Assembly: GCA_951406725.2 (NCBI GenBank)
Contig: OX597843.1
Span: forward strand, 12,958,001-13,022,000
Source: Octopus vulgaris
Lineage: Eukaryota
Reading direction: 5' to 3'
DNA length: 64,000 nt
A program made the position numbers and the translations under genes. The notes under the pieces are model-generated. The model saw only the letters and a list, made by a program, of their open reading frames with translations. It was not told where the DNA came from and did not search any database. This document shows, piece after piece, positions 1 to 14,019 of this stretch. Within the stretch, counting starts at the first letter, position 1; each line of letters begins with the position of its first letter.

Positions 1-1237
1 ATGTATGCATGTGTGTATGTATGTATGTATGTGTGTGTGTAAGTATGTGTGTATGTATGTATGTATGTATGTGTATGTATGTGTGTGTGTGTATGTATGT
101 ATGTATGTATGTATGCATGTGTGTATGTATGTATGTATGTGTGTGTGTAAGTATGTGTGTATGTATGTGTATTTATGTATGTGTATGTATGTGTGTGTAT
201 GTGTGTATGTATGTGTATGTGTATGTATGTATGTGTGTGTATGTAAGTATGTGTATGTATGTATGTGTGTGTATGTATGTATGTGTATATGTGTATATAT
301 GTGTGTATGTATGTGTATTTATGTATGTGTGTGTATATATGTGTGTGTATGTGTGTATGTATGTGTGTATGTATGTGTGTATGTAAGTATGTGTATGTAT
401 GTATGTGTGTGTATGTATGTATGTGTGTATGTGTGTATATATGTGTGTATGTATGTATGGATGTATGTATGTATGCATGCATGTGTGTATATGTATGTAT
501 CTTCTATATTTTATCTTTTACTTGTTTAAGTCACTAGACTACGGCCATGCTGGAGCAATGCCTTGAATTATTGTAGCTGAATGAATCGACCGCAGTGCTT
601 ATTGTTTAAGCCTGGTTTTTATTCTATCGGTCACTTTTGCGACAAGGAAACAGACACACACACACAGATATATATATACATACACGTATATATACATATA
701 CATACCTACATATATATATATATATTTGATGGGCTCCTTTCAGTTTCCATCTACCAAATTATCTCACGCGGCTTTGGTCAGTCCAAGGCTATAGTAGAAG
801 ACAGTTGTCGAAGGTGCCATGCAGTGGGACTGAACCCGAAACCATGTAGTTAAGAAGCAAGCTTCCTATCACACTCCTGCACCTGTATACATACATACAT
901 ACATACATACATAGATATTTGTCTCTAAATTATATTATTTTATTTGCTAAAATAATCTGAAACCTAGGTATAACCGTAAAAATAACAAGGTAAAAGTTTT
1001 TATTTTTCATTCCCTTCGAAAATTGCTGTTAAAAAATGTGGTTTTGGTCGTTTTGACTGCTTCTTCGAGCGTGTAAAAATTACCTGTTAAAGGTAGTTTT
1101 CTCTTGTGTTTAGTACACTATTTTATATTGTGTAGATAGATAGATAGATAGATGGATGGATGGATAGATAGATAGATAGATAGATGGATGGACAAATAGA
1201 TAGATTGATAGATAGATAGATAGACAGAGAGGCAGAC

Positions 1238-1269
<32 letters not shown>

Positions 1270-1454
1270 GGATGGATGGATGGATGGATGGATGGATAGA
1301 TGGATGGACAAATAGATAGATTGATAGATAGATAGATGGAATGATAGATAGATAGATAGATGGAAAGAAAGACAGATAGATGGAAAGATAGATAGAGATA
1401 GACAGACGGATGGATGGATGGATGGATGGATAGATACATACACACATGCACACA

Positions 1455-1501
<47 letters not shown>

Positions 1502-1740
1502 CACCAACTGACCGTGGCCGATGCCAGACCCCTCTGGCACCTGTGCAGGTGGCACGTAAAAAGCACCCACTACACTCGCGGAGTGGTTGGCGTTAGGAAG
1601 GGCATCCAGCTGTAGAAACATTGCCAGATTAGACTGGAGCCTGGTGCAGCCTTCTGGCTTCCCAGAACCCCGGTCGAACCGTCCAACCCATGCCAGCATG
1701 GAGAACGGACGTTAAACGATGATGATGATGATGATGATGA

Positions 1741-1780
<40 letters not shown>

Positions 1781-2170
1781 TGTATGCATGTGGTGTGTGT
1801 TTCTATTTACATATACACTTGTGCTGGTATGTTGAACATCATGTGTGTATGTTTGACCGCCCTCCTATGTGACATAACTGCGAGTACGTGATTATATGCA
1901 AGTGTATGTGTACACGTATATGTAGGGGAGTGTGTGTGTGTGTGTGTGTGTGCTTGTGTGTACTTGGGTATGAGGCTACAAGGGCGGAGGCAAAGTCGCG
2001 TTCAGGGTGGGGGAGGTGGGAGGAGTTTGTTTGAGAGCATCCAATAAAACCAAACACGGAAGCTTGATTACCTGGCTACCTGTCTACCTGTCCACCTGTC
2101 TACCTGTATACTTCTTAGTCTGTCTGTCTGTGAGTCCTCAGGGTGTTGAAGCCGTGGAGCTGACACAAAC

Positions 2171-2231
2171 ATGGCCGGGAGTATTTCAGTTCTGTCTTTG
2201 GTGGTGCCGATCTGGTTGTGGGCCGCCTCAG
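2171..2231 (+). CDS. Gene A coding exon 1: signal peptide of a secreted two-domain chitin-binding (CBM14) protein
   Basis: ATG at 2171 reads MAGSISVLSLVVPIWLWAAS (hydrophobic). It ends at the donor AG|GTAAGT in phase 1, matching the next exon. A possible acceptor (cctcag) ends at 2141. Confidence 0.8.
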
Positions 2232-2280
2232 GTAAGTGAATAATTTGAATTGAGAGAGAGGGAGAGGGTGGAAGCAGAAA

Positions 2281-2348
<68 letters not shown>

Positions 2349-3383
2349 AAAGAGAGAGAGAGAGAGACCGGGAGAAGGAGAGAGGGGAAAGAGAGAGAGA
2401 GAGACATGGAGAAGGAGGGAGGGAAAGAGAGAGGAGGGAGAGGGAGGAGAAAGAGAGAGTGTGATAAGGGAGAAAGGGGAACAGGAAGGAGAGAGAGAGA
2501 GACAAACAGACAGAAAAAGGGCGTGGAGAACTGCGATTGCGAGAGAGAAAGAGAAAAAGAGAGGGAGACAGTGAGAGAGAGAAAGAGAGAGACAGAGATT
2601 GAAAGATACAGAAAGGGAAAAGAGAGAGAGAGAGAAACAGAGACACAGAGCAGAGAAAAAGTAAGAGAGGAGAGATGTAGGAAAGATAAAGAGAGGGAAA
2701 GAGATTAAGAGAGAGAGAGAGAGACTGATTCACTCCCACTGCCACCGTCATCTCCTTCACTGTAGCAATACACTGGGAAGATACCAATGGTGATGATGAT
2801 GATGATGGTGGTGGTGATGATGATGATGGTGATGACGATGATGGTGATGATGGTGGTGATGACGACTATGATTGCAATAATTATTGTTAGAATCTTTATG
2901 TTGTTGCACAATTCTAAAAGAAGCCCATTATATGTGTGTGTGTATGTGTGTGTGCGTATGTGTGTATGTATTTGTGTGTTTGTGTGTGTGTGTATGTTTG
3001 TGTTTGTGTGTTTATGTGTTTGTATGTATGTTTGTGTTTGTGTGTGTATGTGTGTATTTGTGTGTGTATTTGTGTGTGTGTGTGTACTTGTGTATGTGTG
3101 TATTTGTGTGTGTGTGTGTGTATTTGTGTGTGTGTGTGTGTGTGAGTGAGTGTGTGTGCTTGTGTGTGTGTGTGTGTTTGTCCCCCGCCTCCATCACTTG
3201 ACAATCGATGTTGGTGTGTTTACATCCCTGTGAACTTAGCGATTCGGCAAAAAAAAAAAAGAGATCGATAGAATAAGTACAAGGCTCACAAAGAATTAAG
3301 TTCTGTGGTCGATCTCTGCGACTAAGAGGTGGGGTGCTCCAGCATGGCCACAGCCAAATGTCTGAAACAAGGATAAAAGAATA

Positions 3384-3428
<45 letters not shown>

Positions 3429-3772
3429 TTCTTTACTGCCCACAAGGGGCTAAACACAGACGGGACAAACAGGGACAGACAAACGGATTAAGTCGATTAT
3501 ATCGACCCCAGTGTGTAACTGGTACTTAATTCATCGTCTGGCACCGAAAGGATGAAAGGCAAAGTCGACCTCGGCGGAATTTGAACTCGGAACGTGACGA
3601 CAGACGAAATACAGCTACGCATTTCGCCCAGCGTGCTAACGTTTCTGCCAGCTCGCCGCCTTTATATATATATATACATACATATACATATATATGTGTG
3701 CATGCATATATATATTATATATTATATGTATATATTGGTACCAATCTCTCTTCTGCATATGTAATACGTATG

Positions 3773-3826
<54 letters not shown>

Positions 3827-4373
3827 CATTTTTTTACAGCAATTTTTTTTCCTCTGTCTTCCCTTCTCGGGATCTTTCCTTCTCCTTTGTTTCCAACGAA
3901 GAGTTCCGCTCGAAACGTTAAACCCTCCTTCTTCCCTTCTTTCCTGAGCATCCAATAATACTTTATTTGTTCCACGTCCTCGCGTTACTGTGTTTTTTTG
4001 TGTTTTCTTGTTTGGATTAACTATATATATATATATATATATAATATTAATTAGAGACAAAACCACTATTTTGCAAATCAAACAAAGAAAGACTTAATCC
4101 AATACATAAAACAATTTTAATATAAATTAAATAAAATTATATTCGCCACCTTTGTCTCCAATTAATAATATATAATATTTTACTATAAAATTGGATTCAA
4201 TCCTAAATCTGATTTTCCCTGTAAATTTGGATTTATTCCCTAATATTTATTATTATATATATATATATAAATTAACAATTGAGGATAAAATCTTAAAAAG
4301 AAATTATCAGTAGTCAGCGTGAAAAACCTCGTAAGAGAAAAAATTCGTAAATTCTTCCTCTTTGAAAATATTC

Positions 4374-4607
4374 ATTTATATTATATTGAGGGTACTACTA
4401 TTCGTAGATACCAACACGCTAAGAGGGACCAATGCGGTCAAAACTACTAAAAATAAACAAAATTTTACCAAATGCAAAACTTCAAAACACATCATGATGT
4501 GTTTTGAAGTTTTGCATTTGGTAAAATTTTGTTTATTTTTAGTAGTTTTGACCACATTGGTCCCTCTTAGCGTGTTGGTATCTACGAATAGTAGTACCCT
4601 CAATATA

Positions 4608-4615
<8 letters not shown>
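4374..4615. repeat. Near-perfect loopless palindrome with about 120-bp arms
   Basis: Centre ACACATCA|TGATGTGT at 4494/4495. ORFs on the two strands are nearly identical. Confidence 0.95.
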
Positions 4616-4685
<70 letters not shown>

Positions 4686-5190
4686 TGGGATATTATTGTT
4701 TATGATAATATCAAGTGGTATAGCATGTGTAAATAAACATCAAGGTAACACCAAAAGGTAAAAACATTATTAATTAATAATTAAAGGATTTCAATTAATG
4801 TGTTAGTGTGTCACTTGTAGCACCCTTAATCATCAATTACACACACACACACACACACACACGTACGTATGTTTTTTTAACCTCATGAACATTTTAGAAA
4901 CGTACAGATCGAGTCAATACATTCTGGTATTTCTTGAAATGCCAGATATAAGGTCTATATTGTGGCACCGTTTTAGCTCAGCTGTTTGCTTCTACAGCAC
5001 ACACATACACACAGACACACACATACACACACACATACATGCACACACATACATACACACACATACACACATACACACACACATACACACACATGCACAA
5101 ATAGACGTCTGCATGTGTGTGTGCGTGTGTGTGTGTGTATGTGTATGTGTGAGTGTGTATGTGTGTGTATGTTTGTATGTGTGTATGTGT

Positions 5191-5243
<53 letters not shown>

Positions 5244-6105
5244 TGTATGTGTGTGTGTGTGTGTGTGTGTATGTGTGTGTGTATGTGTGTGTATGTGTGT
5301 GTGTGTATGTGTGTATGTGTGTGTGTGTGCGTGCTGTAAGGGCAAACAATTTAGCAAAAAAAAAATGTGCTGCAATAGTGATGAAGCTGATGATGATGAT
5401 GATAATGAGGATAATAATGGTGATGGTGACAGTGATGATGATGGTAGCAGTGATGGTGGTGGTGGTTGGTGGTGGTGATGACGATGATGATAACAACGAT
5501 GACGACGACGACGATGACAATGTTGATGACGATGATGCCAACGGCAATGATGATGATGATGATGATGTTGATGATGTTGATGATGATGATGATGCTGATG
5601 ATGTTGATGATGACGATGACGATGATGATGACGACGATGATGTTGATGATGATTGTGATGATGATGATGATGATGATGATGATGGTGGTGATGATGATGA
5701 TGGTGGTGGTGATGATGATGACGATGATGATGATGGTGTGGTGATGATGATGATGATGGTGGTGATGATGATGATGGTGGTGATGATGATGATGATGATG
5801 ATGGTGGTGATGATGATGATGATGATGATGGTGGTGATGATGATGATGGTGGTGGTGATGATGATGATGATGATGATGATGGTGGTGATGATGATGATGA
5901 TGGTGGTGATGATGATGATGGTGGTGATGATGATGATGGTGGTGATGATGATGACGATGATGACGACGACGATGATGATGATGATGATGATGATGCATTA
6001 TTCCATGACTGTTCGTCTCATCACCGTTCCATCCCTCCCACCCCTTACTATCCATACCCACCCCCCTCCTCTCAATATTTTTTTTCTTTTTCTTTTTCAT
6101 TGCAG

Positions 6106-6342
6106 TGACCCCTGTTCAGAGCAGCTGCCAAGACTGGACGCCCCACCCGTCCGGTGACTGCGGCCGCTACGTTCGCTGCTTCGACGACATGACGGCCTTT
6201 GTCAAGAAATGTCCTGCCAATCTTCACTTCAACCCAAATCTTCGTGTCTGCGATTGGCCATGGAACGTGGTGTGTGGTAACACGTCCCACTGGGTGCCAC
6301 AGAAACCACCGACCACAACTCCTAGTCACAGCACACCCTCGG
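6106..6342 (+). CDS. Gene A coding exon 2: CBM14/peritrophin-A domain 1 plus Thr/Pro/Ser linker
   Basis: Polypyrimidine tract plus TGCAG acceptor; G|GTGAGT donor; 237 nt, phase 1-1. Encodes CQDW..DCGRYVRC..KKCPANLHFNPNLRVCDWPWNVVC, the six-Cys CBM14 pattern. Confidence 0.92.
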
Positions 6343-8927
6343 GTGAGTACTCTTTTACTCTTTTACTTGTTTCAGTCATTTGACTGTGGCCATGCTGCAG
6401 CACCGCCTTTTTAGTCGAGCAAATCGACCCCGGGACTTATTCTTTGTAAGCCCAGTACTTATTCTATCGGTCTCTTTTGCCGAACCGCTAAGTGACGGGG
6501 ACATAAACACACCAGCATCGTTTGTCAAGCAATGCTAGGGGACAAACACAGACACAAACACATACACACACATATATATATACATATATACGATGGGCTT
6601 CTTTCAGTTTCCGTCTACCAAATCCACTCACAAGGCATTGGTCGGCCCGAGGCTATAGCAGACGACACTTGCCCAAGATGCCCAGTACTTATTCTATCGG
6701 TCTCTTTTTTGCCGAACCGCTAAGTTACGGGGACGTAAACACACCAGCATCGGTTGTCAAGCAATGTTGGGAGGACAAATACAGATACACAAACACGCCC
6801 ATACATATATATATATATATATATATATACAAGATAAGAAAATGGAGAAATACATCTAAATCAAATATCAATTACCAGATAATACTCAATCACATCATTA
6901 ACATTTATGTATTAACTTTGTTGGGTACTTCACTAGCAGTATATTGGATATCTATTATCCCATGGAGGGTTGCATTTACAACACCTATCTCAATTTGTAT
7001 ATATATATATACATATATACAACAGGCTTCTTTCAGTTTCCGTCTACCAAATTCACTCACAAGGCTTTGGTCGGCCTGAGGCTATAGTAGAAGACACTTG
7101 CCCAATGTGCCACGCAGTGGGACTGAACGCGGAACCATGTGGTTCGTAAGCAAGCTACTTACCACACAGCCACTCCTACACCTATATATATACATATATA
7201 CGATGGGCTTCTTTCAGTTTCCATCTACCAAATCCACTCACAAGGCTTTGGTTGGCCGGAGGCTATAGTAGATAACACTTACCCAATGTGCCACGCAGTG
7301 GGACTGAACGCGGAACCATGTGGTTCGTAAGCAAGCTACTTACCACACAGCCACTCCTACGCCTATATGTATATATTTATTATGCAGGTGTGGTTGTGTG
7401 GTAAGAAGCTGTTTCTGCGGAGGTCCTATGGGATAGTGATCTGTGCAGGATCATGAATTCCTTCCCGGAGGACTCCTACAGATATATACCTATTTCTTTA
7501 TTACCCACAAGGGGCTAAACAGAAGGGACGAACAAGGACAGACATAGGTATTAAGTCGATTAGATCAACCCCAGTGCGTAACTGGTACTTAATTTATCGA
7601 CCCCGAAAGGATGAAAGGTAAAGTCGACCTCGGCGGAATTTGAACTCAGAACGTAACGGCAGACGAAATACCTATTTCTTTACTGCCTACAAGGGGCTAA
7701 ACATAGAAGGGACGAACAAGGACAGACATAGGTATTAAGTCGATTAGATCAACCCCAGTGCATAACTGGTACTTAATTTATCGACCCCGAAAGGATGAAA
7801 GGTAAAGTCGACCTCGGCGGAATTTGAACTCAGAACGTAACGGCAGACGAAATACCTATTTCTTTACTGCCTACAAGGGGCTAAACACAGAGGGGACAAA
7901 CAAGGACAGACATAGGTATTAAGTCGATTACATCGACCCCAGTGCATAACTGGTACTTAATTTATCGACCCCGAAAGGATGAAAGGTAAAGTCGACCTTG
8001 GCGGAATTTGAACACACAACGTAACGACAGACGAAATACGCTACGCTTTTTGCCACAATGGGCTAAACGTTTCTACCAGACAAACTCCTACAGACATATA
8101 TACCTGTGTGGTCCGACCCCAGTGGAACTGGTACTTAATTTATGCTTCAATGAAGCAAAGTCGAGGATGAACTGGTCGGCCGGATAACGTTTCTACCAGC
8201 CTCCTGAACGAGTCTAGAAAATGTGAAATATATGACTTTTTTTGTGTTTTAAAAAAGAAAAAAGAATTCTGAACATTGTGTTGTTTAAGTAAGAGGTTTA
8301 TTGCCTCATTGTGTTTTTGGGGAAAAAGGAAAAAAGAACATTGTTTTAGAGAAGCGAAAGTCGGCGGACGCTTTTCGTCTTCTCCCATCATCATCATTTT
8401 TGCATCACCATCATCCATACCATTAATGTCCATGTCCAGCCTGCAAAGCTTCCATCTGTGTGATGCCCTTGTGGCAAATTATATGAAATAAAGAAGCTGT
8501 TTCTGCCAAGGGGTCACAGTACCCCATATGTTATTTCCATCTTTGCAGTGTACTGTAGTAATCAGTAGATAAAATTAGGGTACTTTGGGTGTGCCTCTAT
8601 GCTTCATCAGAGAGTTTAGAAGAGGGTCTAAGAAGTTCAGAGGGCTAATTTATGTATATATAAATATACATATATACACTCACACACACACACACACAAT
8701 TTCTAAACGTTTGCTTATAATCTCTATATCTATAAATGGCAAAATGACAACACATCGATGCCCATCACTCCTGATGGACATCGATGTTCGGCAAAAGAGT
8801 CTGATAGAAAACATACAAGTTTTGGGGGTCGATATGTTCAACTAAAACCCTTCAAGGCAGTGCTCCATCATGACCGCTGTCAAATGAGTGATACATGTAA
8901 AAGAATAAGAAAATAAAGGAATATATA

Positions 8928-9746
8928 TTGGGTTGTCCGGAAAGTTCATGCCAATTTTTAAAGGAATGAAAAAGGTCAATAAATACTTGCCATTACATTT
9001 TTAATCAACCAAATATGAACCATTTTGTTGCACAATGCGTCTCCATCTTTCCTTTTTACTTGAAAATACCCTCTTCCCAGAATTGAGGTGGTTTCATGGC
9101 AAAGAATTCATCAAGGTATCTCTTTATGTCATCCAAGGAATTGAAATTTTTACCATTAAGACTATTCTGCAGAGACCTGAATAAGTGGAAATCCAAAGGA
9201 GCAATATCTGGTGAATATGGAGGGTGGGGTAACACATCCCAGCCAAGCTGCAGCAATTTTTGTCTGGTTCCCAAAGCATCAAGTGCCGAAAATGAACTTT
9301 CTTATCTTCCATTTTAAAGGGTTACAGAATTAACACAGGTTATAGGAACATAAACCTTCTCCCACAAAAAGATAGCTTAAACTGTGCTCTAAATAGAGGT
9401 GTAGTCAAATCCTATTTTATGGACTCAACCATGTTCTAAAATAAGTCGAAAGGTAAGCTACTATAAATCGGCATGAACTTTCCGGACATCCCAGCCAAGC
9501 TGCAGCAATATTTGTCTGGTTCCCAAAGCATCAAGTACCGAAAATGAACTTTCTTATCTTCCATTTTAAAGGGTTACAGAATTAACACAGGTTATAGGAA
9601 CATAAACCTTCTTCCACGAAAAGATAGCTTAAACTGTGCTCTAAATGGAGGTGTAGTCAAATCCTATTTTATGGACTGAACCATGTTCTAAAATAAGTTG
9701 AAAGGTAGGCTACTATAAATCGGCACAAACTTTCCAGACAACCCAA
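8928..9746 (-). mobile_element. Internally deleted mariner (DD34D-type) transposon
   Basis: TA-flanked TIRs TTGGGTTGTCCGGAAAGTT / AACTTTCCAGACAACCCAA. The remnant ORF at 9056-9274 contains WDVLPHPPYSPDIAPLDFHLFRSL. Confidence 0.9.
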
Positions 9747-11363
9747 TATAAATGTAGAGCTTTTCTTGCCCAAGGTGCCATGCAGTGGGACTGAACCCAG
9801 AACCATGTCAAGTTTTTTAATACAGTTCCTTATAATATTTTACTATAAATATATAATTTTGTTTTAAACACTGAATGGCTAGGAGGGTCCATCCATATAA
9901 AATAGAAATCAGAGGGGTCCAGGGGTAAAAAAATGGTTGAGAAACGCTGATGTAGAGGTCTTCCTTGTTGGCACATGCATATACATATATATAAGACAGT
10001 AGTGTGTGATTTGAAGGAGATTTGGCTGCTACTACTACCAGGTCTAGCTACCTTGTAGAGGTCTCCTTCATTGGCTCAAAGCAGTAAGTGCTGAAAATGA
10101 ACTTTCTTATATTCCATTTAAATGGGTTACAGAATAAACACAGGTTCTAGGAACACAAACCTTCTTCCACGAAAAGATAGCTTAAACTGTGCTCTAAATG
10201 GAGGTGTAGTCAAATCCTATTTTATGGACTCAACCATGTTCTAAAATAAGTCGAAAGGTAAGCTACTATAAATTGGCACAAACTTTCCAGACATCCCAGC
10301 CAAGCTGCAGCAATTTTTGTCTGGTTCCCAAAGCATCAAGTGCCGAAAATGAACTTTCTTATCTTCCATTTTAAAGGGTTATAAAATAACACAGGTTATA
10401 GGAACATAAACCTTCTTCCACGAAAAGATAGCTTAAACTGTGCTCTAAATGGAGGTGTAGTCAAATCCTATTTTATGGACTCAACCATGTTCTAAAATAA
10501 GTTGAAAGGTAAGCTACGATAAATTGGCATGAACTTTCCAGACAACCCAATACAAATGTAGAGCTTTTCTTGCCCAAGGTGCCATGCAGTGGGACTGAAC
10601 CCAGAACCATGTCAATTTTTTTAATACAGTTCCTTACAATATTTTACTATAAATATATAATTTTGTTTTAAACACTGAATGGCTAGGAGGGTCCATCCAT
10701 ATAAAATAGAAATCAAAGGGGTCCAGGAGTAAAAAAATGGTTGAGAAACGCTGACGTAGAGGTCTTCCTTGTTGGCACATGCATATACATATATACATAT
10801 ATATAAGACAGTAGTGTGTGATTTGAAGGAGATTTGGCTGCTACTACTACCAGGTCTAGCTACCTTGTAGAGGTCTCCTTCATTGGCTCAAAGCAGTAAG
10901 TTCTGAAAATGAACTTTCTTATCTCCCATTTTAAAGGGTTACAGAATAAACACAGGTTATAGGAACACAAACCCTCTTCCACGAAAAGATAGCTTAAACT
11001 GTGCTCTAAATGGAGGTGTAGTCAAATCCTATTTTATGGACTCAACCATGTTCTAAAATAAGTTGAAAGGTAAGCTACTATAAATTGGCACGGACTTTCC
11101 GGACATCCCAGCCAAGCTGCAGCAATTATTGTCCGGTTCCCAAAGCATCAAGTACCGAAAATGAACTTTCTTATCTTCCATTTTAAAGGGTTACAGAATT
11201 AACACAGGTTATAGGAACATAAACCTTCTTCCACGAAAAGATAGCTTAAACTGTGCTCTGAATGGAGGTGTAGTCAAATCTTATTTTATGGACACAACCA
11301 TGTTCTAAAATAAGTCGAAAGGTAAGCTACGATAAATCGACACGAACTTTCCGGACAACCCAA
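9235..11363. repeat. Nested tandem duplication of a mariner end plus flank (about 250-bp and 810-bp periods)
   Basis: CATCCCAGCCAAGCTGCAGC recurs near 9235, 9487, 10292 and 11104. Full TIR ends lie at 9746, 10550 and 11363. Confidence 0.85.
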
Positions 11364-12905
11364 TGTATAAGAAAGAAGAAAGATGGCAAACAAACAAATG
11401 ATTATCTTATGAGCATCATAAGCTTAAAGCTGTTTCTGCTATGAGAGATGCAAGGGACTCATAGCAGAGTCCTCCATCAACTCATTGTTGATGCTGTTCC
11501 CTATATAGACACAAAGGTAATTCTTTCCCAAATAAATTGCATTTCATATCTGAGGCTCTGATGAAGCTTTGTGGTGATACACAGGCACTCAACTATGAGC
11601 CCACTACATCTTATAGCAGAAACAGCTGTGAGCTGATGAAGTGCATAAGATAGCCTTTTATTCCTTTGTCCTCTCTTTTTCTTATTACAACTCTATACTC
11701 AGCTGAAACATGTATAGTGAGTTCTATACCATAGGCATGTATGTATGCATGCATACATACATATATACACATACATACATACATACATATATACACATAC
11801 ATACATATACACATACATACATACATACATATATACACATACATACACACATACATACATATACACACATACATACACACACAAATACATACACACACAT
11901 AAATACATACGGACATACATACGTACATACACACACATACATACACACATACATATATATATATATATATGGTGGCTGCCCCCTCATTATCGAGTATGGC
12001 CATTGCACGAAGCTTAATCAATGTTGTTATCGTGCAATGCCTGTGCAAGAAGATTTTTAAAGTGAGGAAAGGCTGTGCACTGAGTCAATCCCACTCACTA
12101 AGCAACAGCAGCCATAATCCGAAAAGAAGAACAAGTCAACATCATCGGTAACCACTGAGCCGCAGGTTTTATGTCGGAGTTATCCCAGTTACCTGAGTTA
12201 CCTTGTCCTAGAAGGATGCCCTAACAAAGGCTAGGAGACCTTCACTCCCAATGGTTTAACTGCGCGATCGGGTATTCAATCCGATTATTTCTATGTCCCC
12301 GCGCATGATACAGCCTTAAGACATTCATTGGATGGCCGTTGACTCTCAAGAGTTCCTCCGCCCTTTGGCGGGTTTTGTTTTTCATCCCGCAGGGTGTCCA
12401 ATAAACACCCTCCTCACCAAGCAAGCTTGGTGGGGTTGCCAGTTTAGTCGCCGACGACCCGACCATGCAACAGGTTGTACTGGGTTACATGTTACCAGTA
12501 GCACTCGAAAGTGACCTGACATAACGTATACGTACATACACACATACATACGTACATACATACACACGCATACATACACACATATGCACACACACATACA
12601 CACATACATACACATACATACATACACACACATGCATACATATACACACATACATACATATGCACACACACATATGCATACATACATACACACATACATA
12701 TACACACATACGCACTCACATACATACACACATAAATACATACACACACACGTACATACATACACATATATATATATATATATACTTTCATCATCCTTAA
12801 ACATGTATATTATATAGTCTATTGACTAATTTTTCTTTCTCACTTGACCGCTGGTAGCGGAGAATTTTTCTAGAATTTTTTGCTACCCTAAAATTTATTA
12901 ATTTA

Positions 12906-12956
<51 letters not shown>

Positions 12957-12996
12957 TACCAGTAATTAATTCATTACCTCTCCCTATATTTTTCAG

Positions 12997-13211
12997 AGTG
13001 TATCTATTCATGTCCGACAGGTGTTGAGTGGGGACGGTTCCCAGATCTGGATACAAACTGCCAAGCGTTCTACGAGTGTGAAAACGGTCACTGCAGAATT
13101 GGTCAGTGTCCGACGGGTCTTCAGTTTAATGCCTTAATTCTTAGCTGTGATCTTCCTGAAAATACACTTTGTCCAAATTTCCGTGCAAAAGACCCTTGTC
13201 CGAAGAAATAA
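12997..13211 (+). CDS. Gene A last exon: CBM14 domain 2 (not in the ORF track)
   Basis: tttttcag acceptor, phase 1. Reads ECIYSCPTGVEWGRFPDLDTNCQAFYECENGHCRIGQCPTGLQFNALILSCDLPENTLCPNFRAKDPCPKK*. The stop overlaps an AATAAA. Spliced CDS is 513 nt, 170 aa. Confidence 0.9.
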
Positions 13212-13260
13212 AGTCACATGGCCAAGAGGTTAATAATTGTCATTATTATTATTATTATCA

Positions 13261-13294
<34 letters not shown>

Positions 13295-13934
13295 CATCAT
13301 TACTATTATTATTATTATTATTATTATTGAGTGAGAGAGTAGTGCATGCCATCAAAGTGACACTGGGGTAAAATATACGAAGCCCAGTATACCCATCCGG
13401 ACTACCTGTCTGATAAGGGTACACCAGGCACATGCATCACGACCATATGTGCGCGACATGGTGATCTTATATTAAGATAACCAGCACATGACCTTGCAGG
13501 TGGGGCCCAGTTAGAAGTTTCTTCAGGTCGAGTAACCCATCCAGCTCAAAAGGTCCTTGAATACGGTTTGTTTAAGGATGTTGAATGAAACACCCATGTT
13601 TCCATTAAGTGAATTACTCAAACCCCAAAGAATTCCTTTCAACACACGGCTATGATGCTCCCCCAATACTTCTGCTCGTGGTCAGAGATGCACATATCGT
13701 CAACCACTAAGAGACATGCTCAACTGGTTAAGGTCAAACAACTGACAAGCAAATCTGTGGTATTGAGCAGAATATTTGCTGTAGCCCATCTTTTATACCA
13801 AGACAAAACAATGTACATGATGACACCTCCAATTATTATTATTATTATTATTATTTTTATAACGTGCTTTCACTTCACTACCGAGCGCAGCCCTGTGGGC
13901 CTCTGTTTCCAGGTCTTAGTATTTTGAAAGTTTA

Positions 13935-13966
<32 letters not shown>

Positions 13967-14019
13967 TTTCCTTCTTTCTTCCAATTTTCTTCCGTTTCTC
14001 ACCAAGTGTTTTCCGTACA

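Noticed and set aside
5-529. Low-complexity ORFs (YVCM, IYIY, SIYL, RERE types) here and throughout the window
   Set aside because: They are translations of di- and tetranucleotide microsatellites.
959-975. GAAACCUAGGUA half-hammerhead
   Set aside because: No upstream CUGANGA; it appears truncated by microsatellite, so it is not called.
11628-11720. Possible hammerhead: CUGAUGA..GAAACAUGUA
   Set aside because: The core and palindromic stem III are present, but stems I and II barely pair. At best a decayed relic.
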